Source: Pseudomonadota bacterium (lineage in GTDB: Bacteria > Bdellovibrionota > FAC87 > UBA2466). From it: a stretch of DNA of 55,283 nucleotides. The stretch spans positions 1 to 55,283 of the forward strand of contig JAYUGC010000146.1 of NCBI GenBank assembly GCA_043767805.1. The letters run 5' to 3'. Under the pieces are notes generated by a model. It had not been told where the DNA came from. It did no database searches and worked only from the letters and a program-made list of their open reading frames with translations. This document shows, one piece after another, positions 1 to 8,689 of the stretch (its first letter is position 1; every line of letters begins with the position of its first letter). Position numbers and translations under genes: made by a program.

Positions 1-53
1 GCCTGGGGCAACCTTAGTAAAGTCCGCTGGGCCCGCTGCGGAACCCTCATCCA

Positions 54-944
54 CTAGACCTCGAGCGCGAGCAACGCCGCTCCCAGCGCTCCGCTATTAT
101 TCTCAAATAGCGTCGGTAAAATTCGCAGGTTCGAGCCTACGATAGGAAACGCGTGGCCGCGGACCCAATCTCGCACGGGTTCCCAATAAGGTCCGAGCCC
201 CGCCGCGACTCCGCCTCCGAGCACAATCACCTCGGGGTCGAAAGCATTCGCGAGGCTCGTCAGCCCCACACAAAGATGCTTTAAGAAATCGTCGATAACG
301 TCCGCATAAGTCTCTCGATTGGCCGGGGCGAAAATAGCTTCTGCCGTCACCCCGGGCACGAGAGCCGCGAGGCTCGAAGCCGAGCAGTAACGCTCAAAAC
401 AGCCCGTGTTACCGCAATTACAGGGGATGCCATCGGCGTGAAGGGAGACATGCCCCACTTCTCCCGCCGTGCCGGTAGCGCCTCGAAACAATCTTCCGTC
501 TAAAATGAGGCCGCCCCCGATGCCGGTACCCAAAGTCAACAAAAGGGCGTTTTGACATCCCCGAGCATTTCCGAGACGCCATTCGGTTACCACCGCGCAG
601 TTGGCGTCATTTTCGACCACGGCCGGGACCCCGTGGTCAGCCTCGACCCAAGCCTTTAGCGGCACGTTGGTCCAGTTGCGGAAATTGGGAGAGTTGCGGA
701 CCGTTCCCGTCTTTGGGTCCACGGATCCGGCACAGCCGACCCCGATTCGGCTAAAAGCTAAGCCAGATGCCTTCGCTTTTTGAACCGCCTCCGAGATGGC
801 GGCGCGGACCCCCGCGGGGCCCTCATTTGCCCTCGAAGGCACCTGAAATTCCATCGCTATTCGATTTGGCAATTCGAGGATCGCCGCCTTAAGATTGGTC
901 CCACCAATATCCAGTCCCAAGGCCGAAGGGGAAGTGCTCGTCAT
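54..944 (-). CDS. ROK family sugar kinase (glucokinase-like)
   Basis: Motifs GLDIGGT, ENDANCA, LTLGTGIGGG, GEVGH, Zn-binding CNCGNTGCFE and GALGAA. Start trimmed to the ATG at 944 (MTSTSP) because the ORF-track extension overlaps the divergent gene. Confidence 0.92.
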   Translation of the reverse strand: MTSTSPSALGLDIGGTNLKAAILELPNRIAMEFQVPSRANEGPAGVRAAISEAVQKAKASGLAFSRIGVGCAGSVDPKTGTVRNSPNFRNWTNVPLKAWVEADHGVPAVVENDANCAVVTEWRLGNARGCQNALLLTLGTGIGGGLILDGRLFRGATGTAGEVGHVSLHADGIPCNCGNTGCFERYCSASSLAALVPGVTAEAIFAPANRETYADVIDDFLKHLCVGLTSLANAFDPEVIVLGGGVAAGLGPYWEPVRDWVRGHAFPIVGSNLRILPTLFENNSGALGAALLALEV

Positions 945-977
945 GAGCCTCTCATACCTCCGGGACGAAGGAATGTC

Positions 978-1697
978 ATGAATGCCGAGTCTGCCATCAA
1001 AGTCGAAAACCTCACCGTAAAGTACGGTTTCCGCACGGCCGTTACCTCTTTTCATCTAAACGTTCCCAGAGGCGGAGCCGTCGGACTTTTGGGCGCGAAC
1101 GGCGCCGGCAAGACCACCACCCTTCACGCCATTTTAGGATTTTTGAAGCCGAAGTCCGGCACCATCTCCCTCCTGGGACAAGGTAAGGCCGGCCCGAAAG
1201 TGTTCCATCACATCGGCTTTGCACCCGACGACGGGTGCCCGCCCGAATATCTAAACGGCCAGGAGTACCTCAACTTCGTGGGCCGGTTTCGCGTGCCCGA
1301 CAAAATTCGAAGAAAAAAAGAAGTCGAAGAGTGGCTGACCTGGTTCGAGCTCGATCCGAAAAAAAGAGTCGGCGGCTACTCCAAAGGCATGAAGCGCCGG
1401 TTGGGTCTCGCGCAAGCTCTTCTCGGCAAACCCGATCTCGTCATTCTGGATGAGCCCTTAAATGGGCTGGATCCCCTCTTCATTTTGAAGCTCCGCGAAG
1501 GCCTGGAGAAATACCTCGCCGGCGGAGGCACGCTCCTCTTTAGCTCCCATATCCTCGCGGAAGTGGAAAAAGTCTGCTCCGAAGTCGCCATCATGGCCGG
1601 GGGCAAATTGGTGACTCAAGCGACCGTGGCCGATCTCACCGCGGAATTCGGTTCCGTGGAACAAGCCTTCAAGGCCAAGGTCGGAGGTGCCACGTGA
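978..1697 (+). CDS. ABC transporter ATP-binding protein (ABC-2/PilH-like)
   Basis: Walker A GANGAGKTT, signature YSKGM, Walker B VILDEP, H-loop SSH. Start taken as the ATG at 978 (MNAESA). Confidence 0.93.
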   Translation: MNAESAIKVENLTVKYGFRTAVTSFHLNVPRGGAVGLLGANGAGKTTTLHAILGFLKPKSGTISLLGQGKAGPKVFHHIGFAPDDGCPPEYLNGQEYLNFVGRFRVPDKIRRKKEVEEWLTWFELDPKKRVGGYSKGMKRRLGLAQALLGKPDLVILDEPLNGLDPLFILKLREGLEKYLAGGGTLLFSSHILAEVEKVCSEVAIMAGGKLVTQATVADLTAEFGSVEQAFKAKVGGAT

Positions 1698-2521
1698 TGG
1701 CCCTCTGGATCCAAAATCTCGTTCATCTCCTCCGCTCGCGTTTGCTCATCTGCATCATCCTCTTCTCCATGGTCGTGCAGTACTACGCCGTGAAACTCGC
1801 GAAATCGGCGGCGCTCTACATGTCGCTTTCCGTCCAAGGGAGCGGCACCGTCATCCAGGAGTCGGAAAGTTATTTCGTCGCGGTGGTCGCGAGCTACTTC
1901 GCGGGCACTTTTCTCGCGGTCGTCTACGGCGCGTGGATCGCGCCCTACCTGCACCGCGGTCCTCGCAGCGCTTTGACCCATATGTTGCCCATCTCGAGAT
2001 GGGCCTTTCCCGCGGCGCACGCCCTCACCTTCTTAGTACTGCTGGTCGTCCAGTTCATTACCTTGATTTGGGCTTTGGGCGCGAACGTCGGCTGGGAGAC
2101 GGTCTTTTCCGCGGCTTTTCCGTGGAAAGGAGTTCTCATTTGCTTCGCGCTTCAAGGAATCTCCTTCTATGTCATTCTCTTCGGCGCGGCTGCCTCCTCG
2201 ATGGTGCTGGGATCTTTGCCCACCTTTTTTCTCACTAACATGGTCTGCACGGCGCTGGTTTTCGCCAGAGCTGCCGTGGATTTCTCGGAAAGCGATCTCG
2301 CCTCCCGCCTGGGCAATGCGACACCCATGTCCAACTTAAAGCGCCTGCTCGAGATGCTTCCACCCATGGGAGATCTGCTAAAAGACATGCGCGTCGCTTT
2401 CGTGAAACAAAGTTTTCCGACGGAACACTTGGCTCTGTGGGCCATTTGGCTCGCTTTGTTTGTGATATGTTTCCGCTGGAGGCTCAGTTACCCGCATAAA
2501 GTGCGCTCCTCCGAGGGCTAA
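1694..2521 (+). CDS. Putative ABC-2 type permease
   Basis: About six hydrophobic segments; overlaps the ATPase stop by 4 nt. Confidence 0.75.
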   Translation: MMALWIQNLVHLLRSRLLICIILFSMVVQYYAVKLAKSAALYMSLSVQGSGTVIQESESYFVAVVASYFAGTFLAVVYGAWIAPYLHRGPRSALTHMLPISRWAFPAAHALTFLVLLVVQFITLIWALGANVGWETVFSAAFPWKGVLICFALQGISFYVILFGAAASSMVLGSLPTFFLTNMVCTALVFARAAVDFSESDLASRLGNATPMSNLKRLLEMLPPMGDLLKDMRVAFVKQSFPTEHLALWAIWLALFVICFRWRLSYPHKVRSSEG

Positions 2522-2526
2522 ATCCG

Positions 2527-3633
2527 GTGAAAGTTCCCTTCTCATTTTTGACCGAGCAATTTGCGACCCCCGAGCCGATTTTCGATAAGATCCGATCCTT
2601 TCTGCGGCGGTGTGACTTCACTCTCGGTGAGGACGTCGACGAGTTCGAGCGCCGCTACGCCGCTTTCACTGGCGCCCGTCACGCCATAGGCGTCGGCACG
2701 GGCACCGATGCCCTGGCGCTTTCCCTAAAAGTGCTCGGCGTAAATCCCGGCGATGAGGTCATCACCTGCGCGAACACCTTCATCGCCACGGCCGGAGCCA
2801 TCGTGCAAGCCGGCGCGAAACCCGTGTTCGTGGATTGCGGTGACGATTTGCTCATCGATCCCGAACGAATCGAAGGGGCCATCACGTCCAAAACCGCGGC
2901 GATTCTCCCCGTCCATTGGGCCGGAGCGCCCGCCGCCATGGAAACTATTTTGGAATTGGCCCGCGTCCACCGGCTACCCGTAGTTGAAGACGCCTGCCAA
3001 GCTCTGGGCGCCAAAGCGGGAGCTCGCCCGGTTGGAACCTTAGGCGCCACCGGGGCTTTCAGCATTCATCCTTTAAAGCCGCTCCATGTGTGGGGAGATG
3101 GGGGCGTCATCGTCACCAATGACGACGAGATTTGTCGCAAGCTCAGATTAGTTCGCAATCACGGCATGGCCACCCGAGACGAGATCGAAGTGTTCGGCGT
3201 CAATAGCCGACTCGATAGCTTGCAAGCCATCGTCGGAAATCATGTCTTCACGTCTCTGCCTGAAACCCTCGGTAAGCGCATCGGCTACGCGGAACGCTAC
3301 GATCGCGCGTTTGGGGATAAGTCCTTTCGGGGAAAGATCGAAGTGCCGCTCCGGCCCGAAGGCACCCACGTGTTCCATCTCTACCAAATTTTCTCAAAAG
3401 ACCGGGATGGACTGCTCGGCACACTGAAAGCCAAAGGAATCGAAGCGAAGGTCCATTATCCGATACCGCTCCACTTGCAGCCGGCAGCCCGAGAGCTGGG
3501 CTATCGCAAGGGCGATTTCCCCAAGACGGAACGAGTCAGCTATGAGAGCGTGACGTTGCCGTGCCATCAGTATTTGTCCGAAGCTCAGATAGACTTCACC
3601 ATCGCCGCGGTGGCTGAGTTTCACGGAGTTTGA
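2527..3633 (+). CDS. DegT/DnrJ/EryC1/StrS PLP-dependent aminotransferase
   Basis: GTGTDAL, GDEVIT, VVEDACQA, PLP-lysine motif FSIHPLKPLHVWGDGG, NSRLD, KVHYPIPLH. Confidence 0.95.
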   Translation: MKVPFSFLTEQFATPEPIFDKIRSFLRRCDFTLGEDVDEFERRYAAFTGARHAIGVGTGTDALALSLKVLGVNPGDEVITCANTFIATAGAIVQAGAKPVFVDCGDDLLIDPERIEGAITSKTAAILPVHWAGAPAAMETILELARVHRLPVVEDACQALGAKAGARPVGTLGATGAFSIHPLKPLHVWGDGGVIVTNDDEICRKLRLVRNHGMATRDEIEVFGVNSRLDSLQAIVGNHVFTSLPETLGKRIGYAERYDRAFGDKSFRGKIEVPLRPEGTHVFHLYQIFSKDRDGLLGTLKAKGIEAKVHYPIPLHLQPAARELGYRKGDFPKTERVSYESVTLPCHQYLSEAQIDFTIAAVAEFHGV

Positions 3634-4784
3634 AGCTGGAAATTCCGTTTCTCAATTTAGCGACTGATTCCAAGAAATCCGCCATCGGCTCAGTGCTTGC
3701 CGAGATCGGCCGCCTGGCCGAGTCCGCAGACTTCATTCTGGGAACCAAGGTCGCCGAATTTGAGTCTCGCTTCGCCGAGAGAGAAGGCGCCTCTTTCGGA
3801 ATTGGTTGTAACTCCGGACTGGATGCTCTTCTCCTCTCCCTCAAAGCACTCGGTGTGGGACCGGGAGACGAAGTCATCACCTCTCCGTTTTCTTTCGTAG
3901 CCACTGGCGCCGCCATCTCTCTCGCCGGGGCTACTCCCGTTTTTGCCGACATTGGCTGGGATGGCACCTTGGATCCGCAGAAGGCCGAAGCTCTGATTAC
4001 GCCGAAGACCAAAGCCATACTTCCCGTACTTTGGGGCGGAATTCCCGGAAAACTCTCCGAGTTTCGGCCGCTTTGCGAGCGCCATCACCTTTCGCTGGTT
4101 CTCGATGCGGCCCAAGCGGTCGGCACCCGCTTTCAAGGAAAAGGCGTCGGCGGCTGGGCCGACGCGGTTTGCTACAGCCTCCATCCTTTAAAGAATCTGG
4201 GGGTTTGGGGAGACGGCGGCATCATCCTTACCGGCCAAGAGGATCTCCGGGATCGACTGAAGCTTTCCAGAAACCACGGCCTCATCAACCGGGATGAAGC
4301 GGCTTTTTTTTCCTACAACAGCCGTCTTGATACCGTACAGGCCGCGGTGGCCCTGGCCCACCTGGACCTCTTGGATGAAGTGCTTCAATTCAGAGCTTCT
4401 CATGCCCGCCGCTACTTGGCGGGGTTTCAGGCTTTGTCCGCCGTAAAGATTCCGCTCGCTCTCGCCAAGGAAAATTCGGTCGGGGTGCATCTCTTCCAAA
4501 TCTTGGTGGATAATAGAGAGGCGCTTAGGGAGAGGCTCGCCAGCCGGGGCATCGAGACGAAGGTGCATTACCCGATCCTTATCCCCTTCCAAAAAGCGGC
4601 CGAGGGGCTGGGATACGAGCGAGGGGATTTCCCTATCGCGGAAGCTTTTGCCGACCGCGTGGTCTCTCTCCCCATCCGAGAAGATCTAAGAAACGAAGAG
4701 ATCGATCAAATCGTCGCGGAAATCCGGAAGTTCTACCGAGATAAGCCCGTTTGGAACCAAGTCCCGTCGGAACTGAGCTCGTAG
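3630..4784 (+). CDS. DegT/DnrJ/EryC1/StrS aminotransferase, second tandem paralog
   Basis: NSGLDAL, GDEVIT, DAAQA, YSLHPLKNLGVWGDGG, YNSRLD. The 3' end overlaps the convergent Fic gene by 52 nt. Confidence 0.94.
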   Translation: MKLEIPFLNLATDSKKSAIGSVLAEIGRLAESADFILGTKVAEFESRFAEREGASFGIGCNSGLDALLLSLKALGVGPGDEVITSPFSFVATGAAISLAGATPVFADIGWDGTLDPQKAEALITPKTKAILPVLWGGIPGKLSEFRPLCERHHLSLVLDAAQAVGTRFQGKGVGGWADAVCYSLHPLKNLGVWGDGGIILTGQEDLRDRLKLSRNHGLINRDEAAFFSYNSRLDTVQAAVALAHLDLLDEVLQFRASHARRYLAGFQALSAVKIPLALAKENSVGVHLFQILVDNREALRERLASRGIETKVHYPILIPFQKAAEGLGYERGDFPIAEAFADRVVSLPIREDLRNEEIDQIVAEIRKFYRDKPVWNQVPSELSS

Positions 4785-6973
4785 GTCCGCGTCGCCGTCC
4801 GCTCACCCGCCTCGAAGTCCTCGATACGAACGCGGTTGGAAGCCTCGCGCTCCGCGACTGCAATTCTGTTCTTTCCTGAAACGGCGGTAACTTTCTGAAT
4901 CGCTTCGGGATCGACCCCCGCCGCATGAAAAACCACACCTGGTTGTTTGCCCTTGGTCTCATAACCGGCGGCGACGATGGCCTCGGAGGTAAGGGTTCCC
5001 GGTTTTCGAAGCAGCGCCTCGATCTGGTATTTGACCCGGCCCTTTCCCTCGGGTTTATCCTCGGCCTGAGAGGGACTCTTATAGAGACGAACCATACCGG
5101 CCTTTTTTGCGGCGTCCGTTCCGAGCCAGCTACGATTCAACCATGGGGTTGTCTCGCTCATGTCTCTTAAGATCACACGATTGAAATCGTTCATGCTCCT
5201 TCCCAGCTCAACCCCGGGCTCCATTTCGCTGAAATGACCGAGCAGAGTCGCATCACTCAATTCAGCTCGATCCCGGATTGTGCGATAGACCATCTCGGGG
5301 GAGTAATCGGTCAACAGCTTCTGGAGATAAATTGTCTCGTTGGGTGAGGGCTTGCCGAAACCCCCGACAAAAATCGGAGTGGCAAGGTGAACTTGCTTCT
5401 GGTCCGCGCGCGTGCGCCAAGCTTGGTAGGCGGTCAAGGAGGCTTCGATATTCAAGTAGTGGCTGCGGCCGGCGGCGACCCAGGTCAGAAATTCCGACGC
5501 ATCCACCCCAGGATGTCTCGCGGCAATGTCCCGGGTCACAACCGGAGCCAAGAAGCCGAGACCCACGGTGCCGTGAGGGATCTTGTTATCCACGACCGCC
5601 GCCAAGTCCCGGTGAAATTCTTTGGAGATTGCCAAGGCGTGGACGAACTCTTTGGTGAACTCGCTCTTTTTAAGGGCTACGTCCTCTCCGAATTTCGCCC
5701 AGATCGGAGGCGGCAAACCAAATTCGGCGAGCAGGCGCTCCGATAATAGGCGACCGGTGCGACCGTTGCCGTTAATGAACGGATGCATCGAGATAAAATC
5801 ATAGTGAAACGAAGCGATGGCGGCGACGATGGCGCCCTCCGTACGGGCTCTCGCAAGGTCCTGGTGGAGCTCTTGCCAGCGATGGGCCAGCATCTCGTTC
5901 ATGAACTCGACCCTCAAGATCGAGATGTCCGGAGAGTCGGAGGAGTCGAGAACCCGTCTTTTCCGATCGAGCTTGAAACTCTCGTTACTGGCGAGCTTTT
6001 GGAATTTTTCCCACAAGACGCGCTCGTTCTTTCCCAGTCTATCCTCGAACTCTTGCTTGGATATTTTCTTATCCTTCAAGAGTTTGGTATCCCGGATTTC
6101 AAGCTCCCAGCGCTCGAGATCTTCTTCTTTAGCTAGCTTGGCCCGGGCTTCCTCCTTGGCTGCTGGCAGTGTTGCCTCGGTGAGAGCATGTTCGGTCTCC
6201 TCGATTCGGATTAGTTTTTTCTGAAGCTCGGGAGATAAGTGCGAGGCAAACTTCCGCCATTCGGACATCGGCATATAGTAAACGGCGTCCGACTCGTAAA
6301 CCGTGGGGCTTTCCCGGTAGAAAAGATAAGGGTTGATGTCGTGAAGAGACTTGAGATTCGTGGCCTCCTTAGCGCCCTGAACGACGAAAGTAACCGATCG
6401 CTCGCGCACACGTCCCAGGTCTTCATTTTTAGTCTTCTCGGAATTGGCAGCCTTGGTCCAGCCGAACCATTTGTTTTTGCCGTCAGGAGTGCTTCTCCAG
6501 GAAAGCAAATGATCCTGTGCCCTGAACACATTTTCCGGAGTCATGTTCTCGAGCGGAATTTGCCAAAGGTAACCGCGGGCCGTGCGGTAGCCCTCCATCG
6601 GATCTTCTCCGTCCTTGGCGTATCGGCTCGCGTGTTGAAGCGCCACCGCCGCTGCGTCGGCGCTGTCCGCGAAAGCTTCCCATCGGTCCGAGAAAAAATG
6701 ATCGAAGTACCACTTCTCGAAGGCGTCATATTGTTCCGGGTTCAAATCTCGTTTCTGTTTCGCGAGAATGGCTTCGGCGCCGGCAAATCGCCCCGAGCGC
6801 TGAGCCGGCGCGGACAAGTCCACCAGCGGAATACGACGGTCCAAAGACGAGAATTTTTCACGGCACCGCCAGAGGGTTTCCAAATCCCCTTGGGCGTCGC
6901 CGGAGAAGACGAGCGTGAGCAAAGCCCCCAAAAGGAGCTTCAAGAACACACGAAATTTGGCGGACGCATTCAC
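4733..6973 (-). CDS. Secreted Fic-domain protein (signal peptide, helical region, Fic core, C-terminal extra domain)
   Basis: Fic motif HPFINGNGRTGR preceded by helix AAIASFHYDFISM; N-terminus KFRVFLKLLLGALLTLVFSGDAQG resembles a Sec signal peptide. Confidence 0.85.
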   Translation of the reverse strand: MNASAKFRVFLKLLLGALLTLVFSGDAQGDLETLWRCREKFSSLDRRIPLVDLSAPAQRSGRFAGAEAILAKQKRDLNPEQYDAFEKWYFDHFFSDRWEAFADSADAAAVALQHASRYAKDGEDPMEGYRTARGYLWQIPLENMTPENVFRAQDHLLSWRSTPDGKNKWFGWTKAANSEKTKNEDLGRVRERSVTFVVQGAKEATNLKSLHDINPYLFYRESPTVYESDAVYYMPMSEWRKFASHLSPELQKKLIRIEETEHALTEATLPAAKEEARAKLAKEEDLERWELEIRDTKLLKDKKISKQEFEDRLGKNERVLWEKFQKLASNESFKLDRKRRVLDSSDSPDISILRVEFMNEMLAHRWQELHQDLARARTEGAIVAAIASFHYDFISMHPFINGNGRTGRLLSERLLAEFGLPPPIWAKFGEDVALKKSEFTKEFVHALAISKEFHRDLAAVVDNKIPHGTVGLGFLAPVVTRDIAARHPGVDASEFLTWVAAGRSHYLNIEASLTAYQAWRTRADQKQVHLATPIFVGGFGKPSPNETIYLQKLLTDYSPEMVYRTIRDRAELSDATLLGHFSEMEPGVELGRSMNDFNRVILRDMSETTPWLNRSWLGTDAAKKAGMVRLYKSPSQAEDKPEGKGRVKYQIEALLRKPGTLTSEAIVAAGYETKGKQPGVVFHAAGVDPEAIQKVTAVSGKNRIAVAEREASNRVRIEDFEAGERTATRTYELSSDGTWFQTGLSR

Positions 6974-7012
6974 CCCGAAATCACCCCTAAAAAGAACGAG
7001 TGCCCATTGAAG

Positions 7013-7028
7013 TGCAAATCACGAGCCT
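7013..7028 (-). promoter_or_regulatory. Putative sigma54 (-24/-12) promoter of the Fic gene
   Basis: Minus strand AGGCTCG-TGAT-TTGCA versus consensus TGGCACG-N4-TTGCW; exact GG-N10-GC spacing; about 40 nt upstream of the start. Confidence 0.55.
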
Positions 7029-7070
7029 GCCTTTTAGGCTGCGCGCACCAAGGGGAATACGGGTGAGTCT

Positions 7071-7122
7071 TAGTCCCTCGGCCTAGGCTTGTTCAGGACT
7101 AGAGAGGACTAGAGAGGACTAG
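7071..7122. repeat. 10-bp tandem repeat AGGACTAGAG (about 2.8 copies) with an upstream inverted copy
   Basis: Copies at 7095-7104, 7105-7114 and 7115-7122; TAGTCC at 7071-7076 is the reverse complement of GGACTA. Confidence 0.8.
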
Positions 7123-7128
7123 GTGTCT

Positions 7129-8040
7129 TCAATCCTTGGGCTTTTGCGGGAGGGCGTTGAAGAGATTAGTCTGCATCGCTCCGATGGTGGAGCCCCATTT
7201 GAGAGCGTAATCCCCGGGCGCCATTTGATAGCCACCCAAGAAAGAAGTGATGGTCGCGTTGTTGGGATCGTTGCGGTACTTTTCGCTCAGCTGAATCTTT
7301 AACGTGAGATTCAGAAAACATTGAGAAAGCATCTGCGCGAGCCGAAGTTCGCCGACCAACTTTCCCTGAAAATCTCCCTTGGGTTCTCCCAGCTGAGATT
7401 TGGCAATCTCGAAATTTCCATTGCGGGTCTTAATCTCCGCGAGAACTTTTCCCAGCTTGAAAGCGGGAAAGAGCATGCCCTGGACATTGAGTGCCGGGAA
7501 GAAGAATCCGTCAATATCCAAGGTCGTGTCCACATTCGATTTATTGAGCGCGGTCTCATCGAAGTAAAAATCGCTATCAATGTTGGCGATGCCTTCCACA
7601 GGCTGAGGCAGATCCGAAAACTTCAGCTGTTTGAGAACCACCTTTTCCGCTTGAAGCGATCCTTTGACCACCGCTCCCGCGCGAGTGACCTTGACCCAAA
7701 GATCTCCCCCCTCTTTCAAGCCGGTAATACCGAGGGAAATGCTTGGGGCCGGCGGAAAGATCGAGCCGAGCCCGATGCGCGCGATCATTCGTTTCGCCGA
7801 CAGATCGAGCTCTCCCGATCCCATGGGAATGGAGACGTCCACATTTTTCATGCCGATGCCCGGCCAGCCCAGGAAGGAAATGTAGATATCCTCCGCGTTG
7901 ATGAGGATGCGGGTATTTTGGTAGATCTGCGTGAAAATGTAGCCCTTCAGGTATTGCAGCGGAAATAGCAGGATGAGGAAAAAGAAAAAGAGACCGATGC
8001 AGATGGCGATGGTGCTGAGCTTGGGGCGCTGTATCTTCAT
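7129..8040 (-). CDS. gspN: Type II secretion system protein N (delta-type)
   Basis: N-terminal TM ending LLFP, beta-rich periplasmic region, last gene of the gsp operon. Confidence 0.8.
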   Translation of the reverse strand: MKIQRPKLSTIAICIGLFFFFLILLFPLQYLKGYIFTQIYQNTRILINAEDIYISFLGWPGIGMKNVDVSIPMGSGELDLSAKRMIARIGLGSIFPPAPSISLGITGLKEGGDLWVKVTRAGAVVKGSLQAEKVVLKQLKFSDLPQPVEGIANIDSDFYFDETALNKSNVDTTLDIDGFFFPALNVQGMLFPAFKLGKVLAEIKTRNGNFEIAKSQLGEPKGDFQGKLVGELRLAQMLSQCFLNLTLKIQLSEKYRNDPNNATITSFLGGYQMAPGDYALKWGSTIGAMQTNLFNALPQKPKD

Positions 8041-8687
8041 CCGGCCTCCGCCGAGAAGAGGTACACCACCACGCCCATCTCGACGTTCATGTAACCGCGA
8101 TCCTTCTTGTCGTTCGTGATCTTGATGGAAGAAACAGAAAGATTGAAACCGCCGAACTCCACGTTGTTCAAGAATTGCGCGAGCTGAGTCAGGTTCACTT
8201 TTTCGAGCTGAACGGTGGCTTGTTTCATGCGCACATCGCCCGCTTTGGAGTCTTCTTCACGGCCCGCGCTAGCCGGAGTCTCCTCGATCTTCGCCATGCG
8301 GATCGAAATTTTGGCGCCCTGAGCTTGGCGAACCAGGTGCTCCTTCAGCTGTCCGGGAGCAGCGAGCTGATTGTTTCGCTCTAGGTTCGCCATTTCGGCG
8401 GTCTGTGACCTTTGGGTCTTTTGATGTTGTTGCAGGAGACTGATCATTCTCAAGGATTGGTCGACCTGACGGGAGACGGACCAAAGCGAGACGTAAGAGA
8501 GAAAGAGATAACCGGCGATGATGGCGACTACCCCGCCCATGCCGCCGACGATAATTTGTTTTTGCTGGCTGGGTGGCAGGCTCGCGAACCGGTCATAGGC
8601 CATGCCCACGTACTTGTTTTGGTAAACCTTGTTGAGCATCGGAGCGTTCTCATTGATCCACTCCTTAACTTTCCCCATTCTGTCCAT
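8037..8687 (-). CDS. gspM: Type II secretion system protein M
   Basis: LPPSQQKQ followed by a TM, a coiled coil and a ferredoxin-like C-domain (LEKVNLTQLAQFLNNVE); located after gspL. Confidence 0.8.
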   Translation of the reverse strand: MDRMGKVKEWINENAPMLNKVYQNKYVGMAYDRFASLPPSQQKQIIVGGMGGVVAIIAGYLFLSYVSLWSVSRQVDQSLRMISLLQQHQKTQRSQTAEMANLERNNQLAAPGQLKEHLVRQAQGAKISIRMAKIEETPASAGREEDSKAGDVRMKQATVQLEKVNLTQLAQFLNNVEFGGFNLSVSSIKITNDKKDRGYMNVEMGVVVYLFSAEAG

Positions 8688-8689
8688 GG

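Noticed and set aside
1..53. Start of a minus-strand gene downstream of the ROK kinase
   Set aside because: Two possible starts in different frames (50 and 53) and only about 17 codons; cannot be assigned.
7095..7122. Direct repeats as a possible CRISPR array
   Set aside because: 10-bp units with no spacers, and no cas genes in the window.
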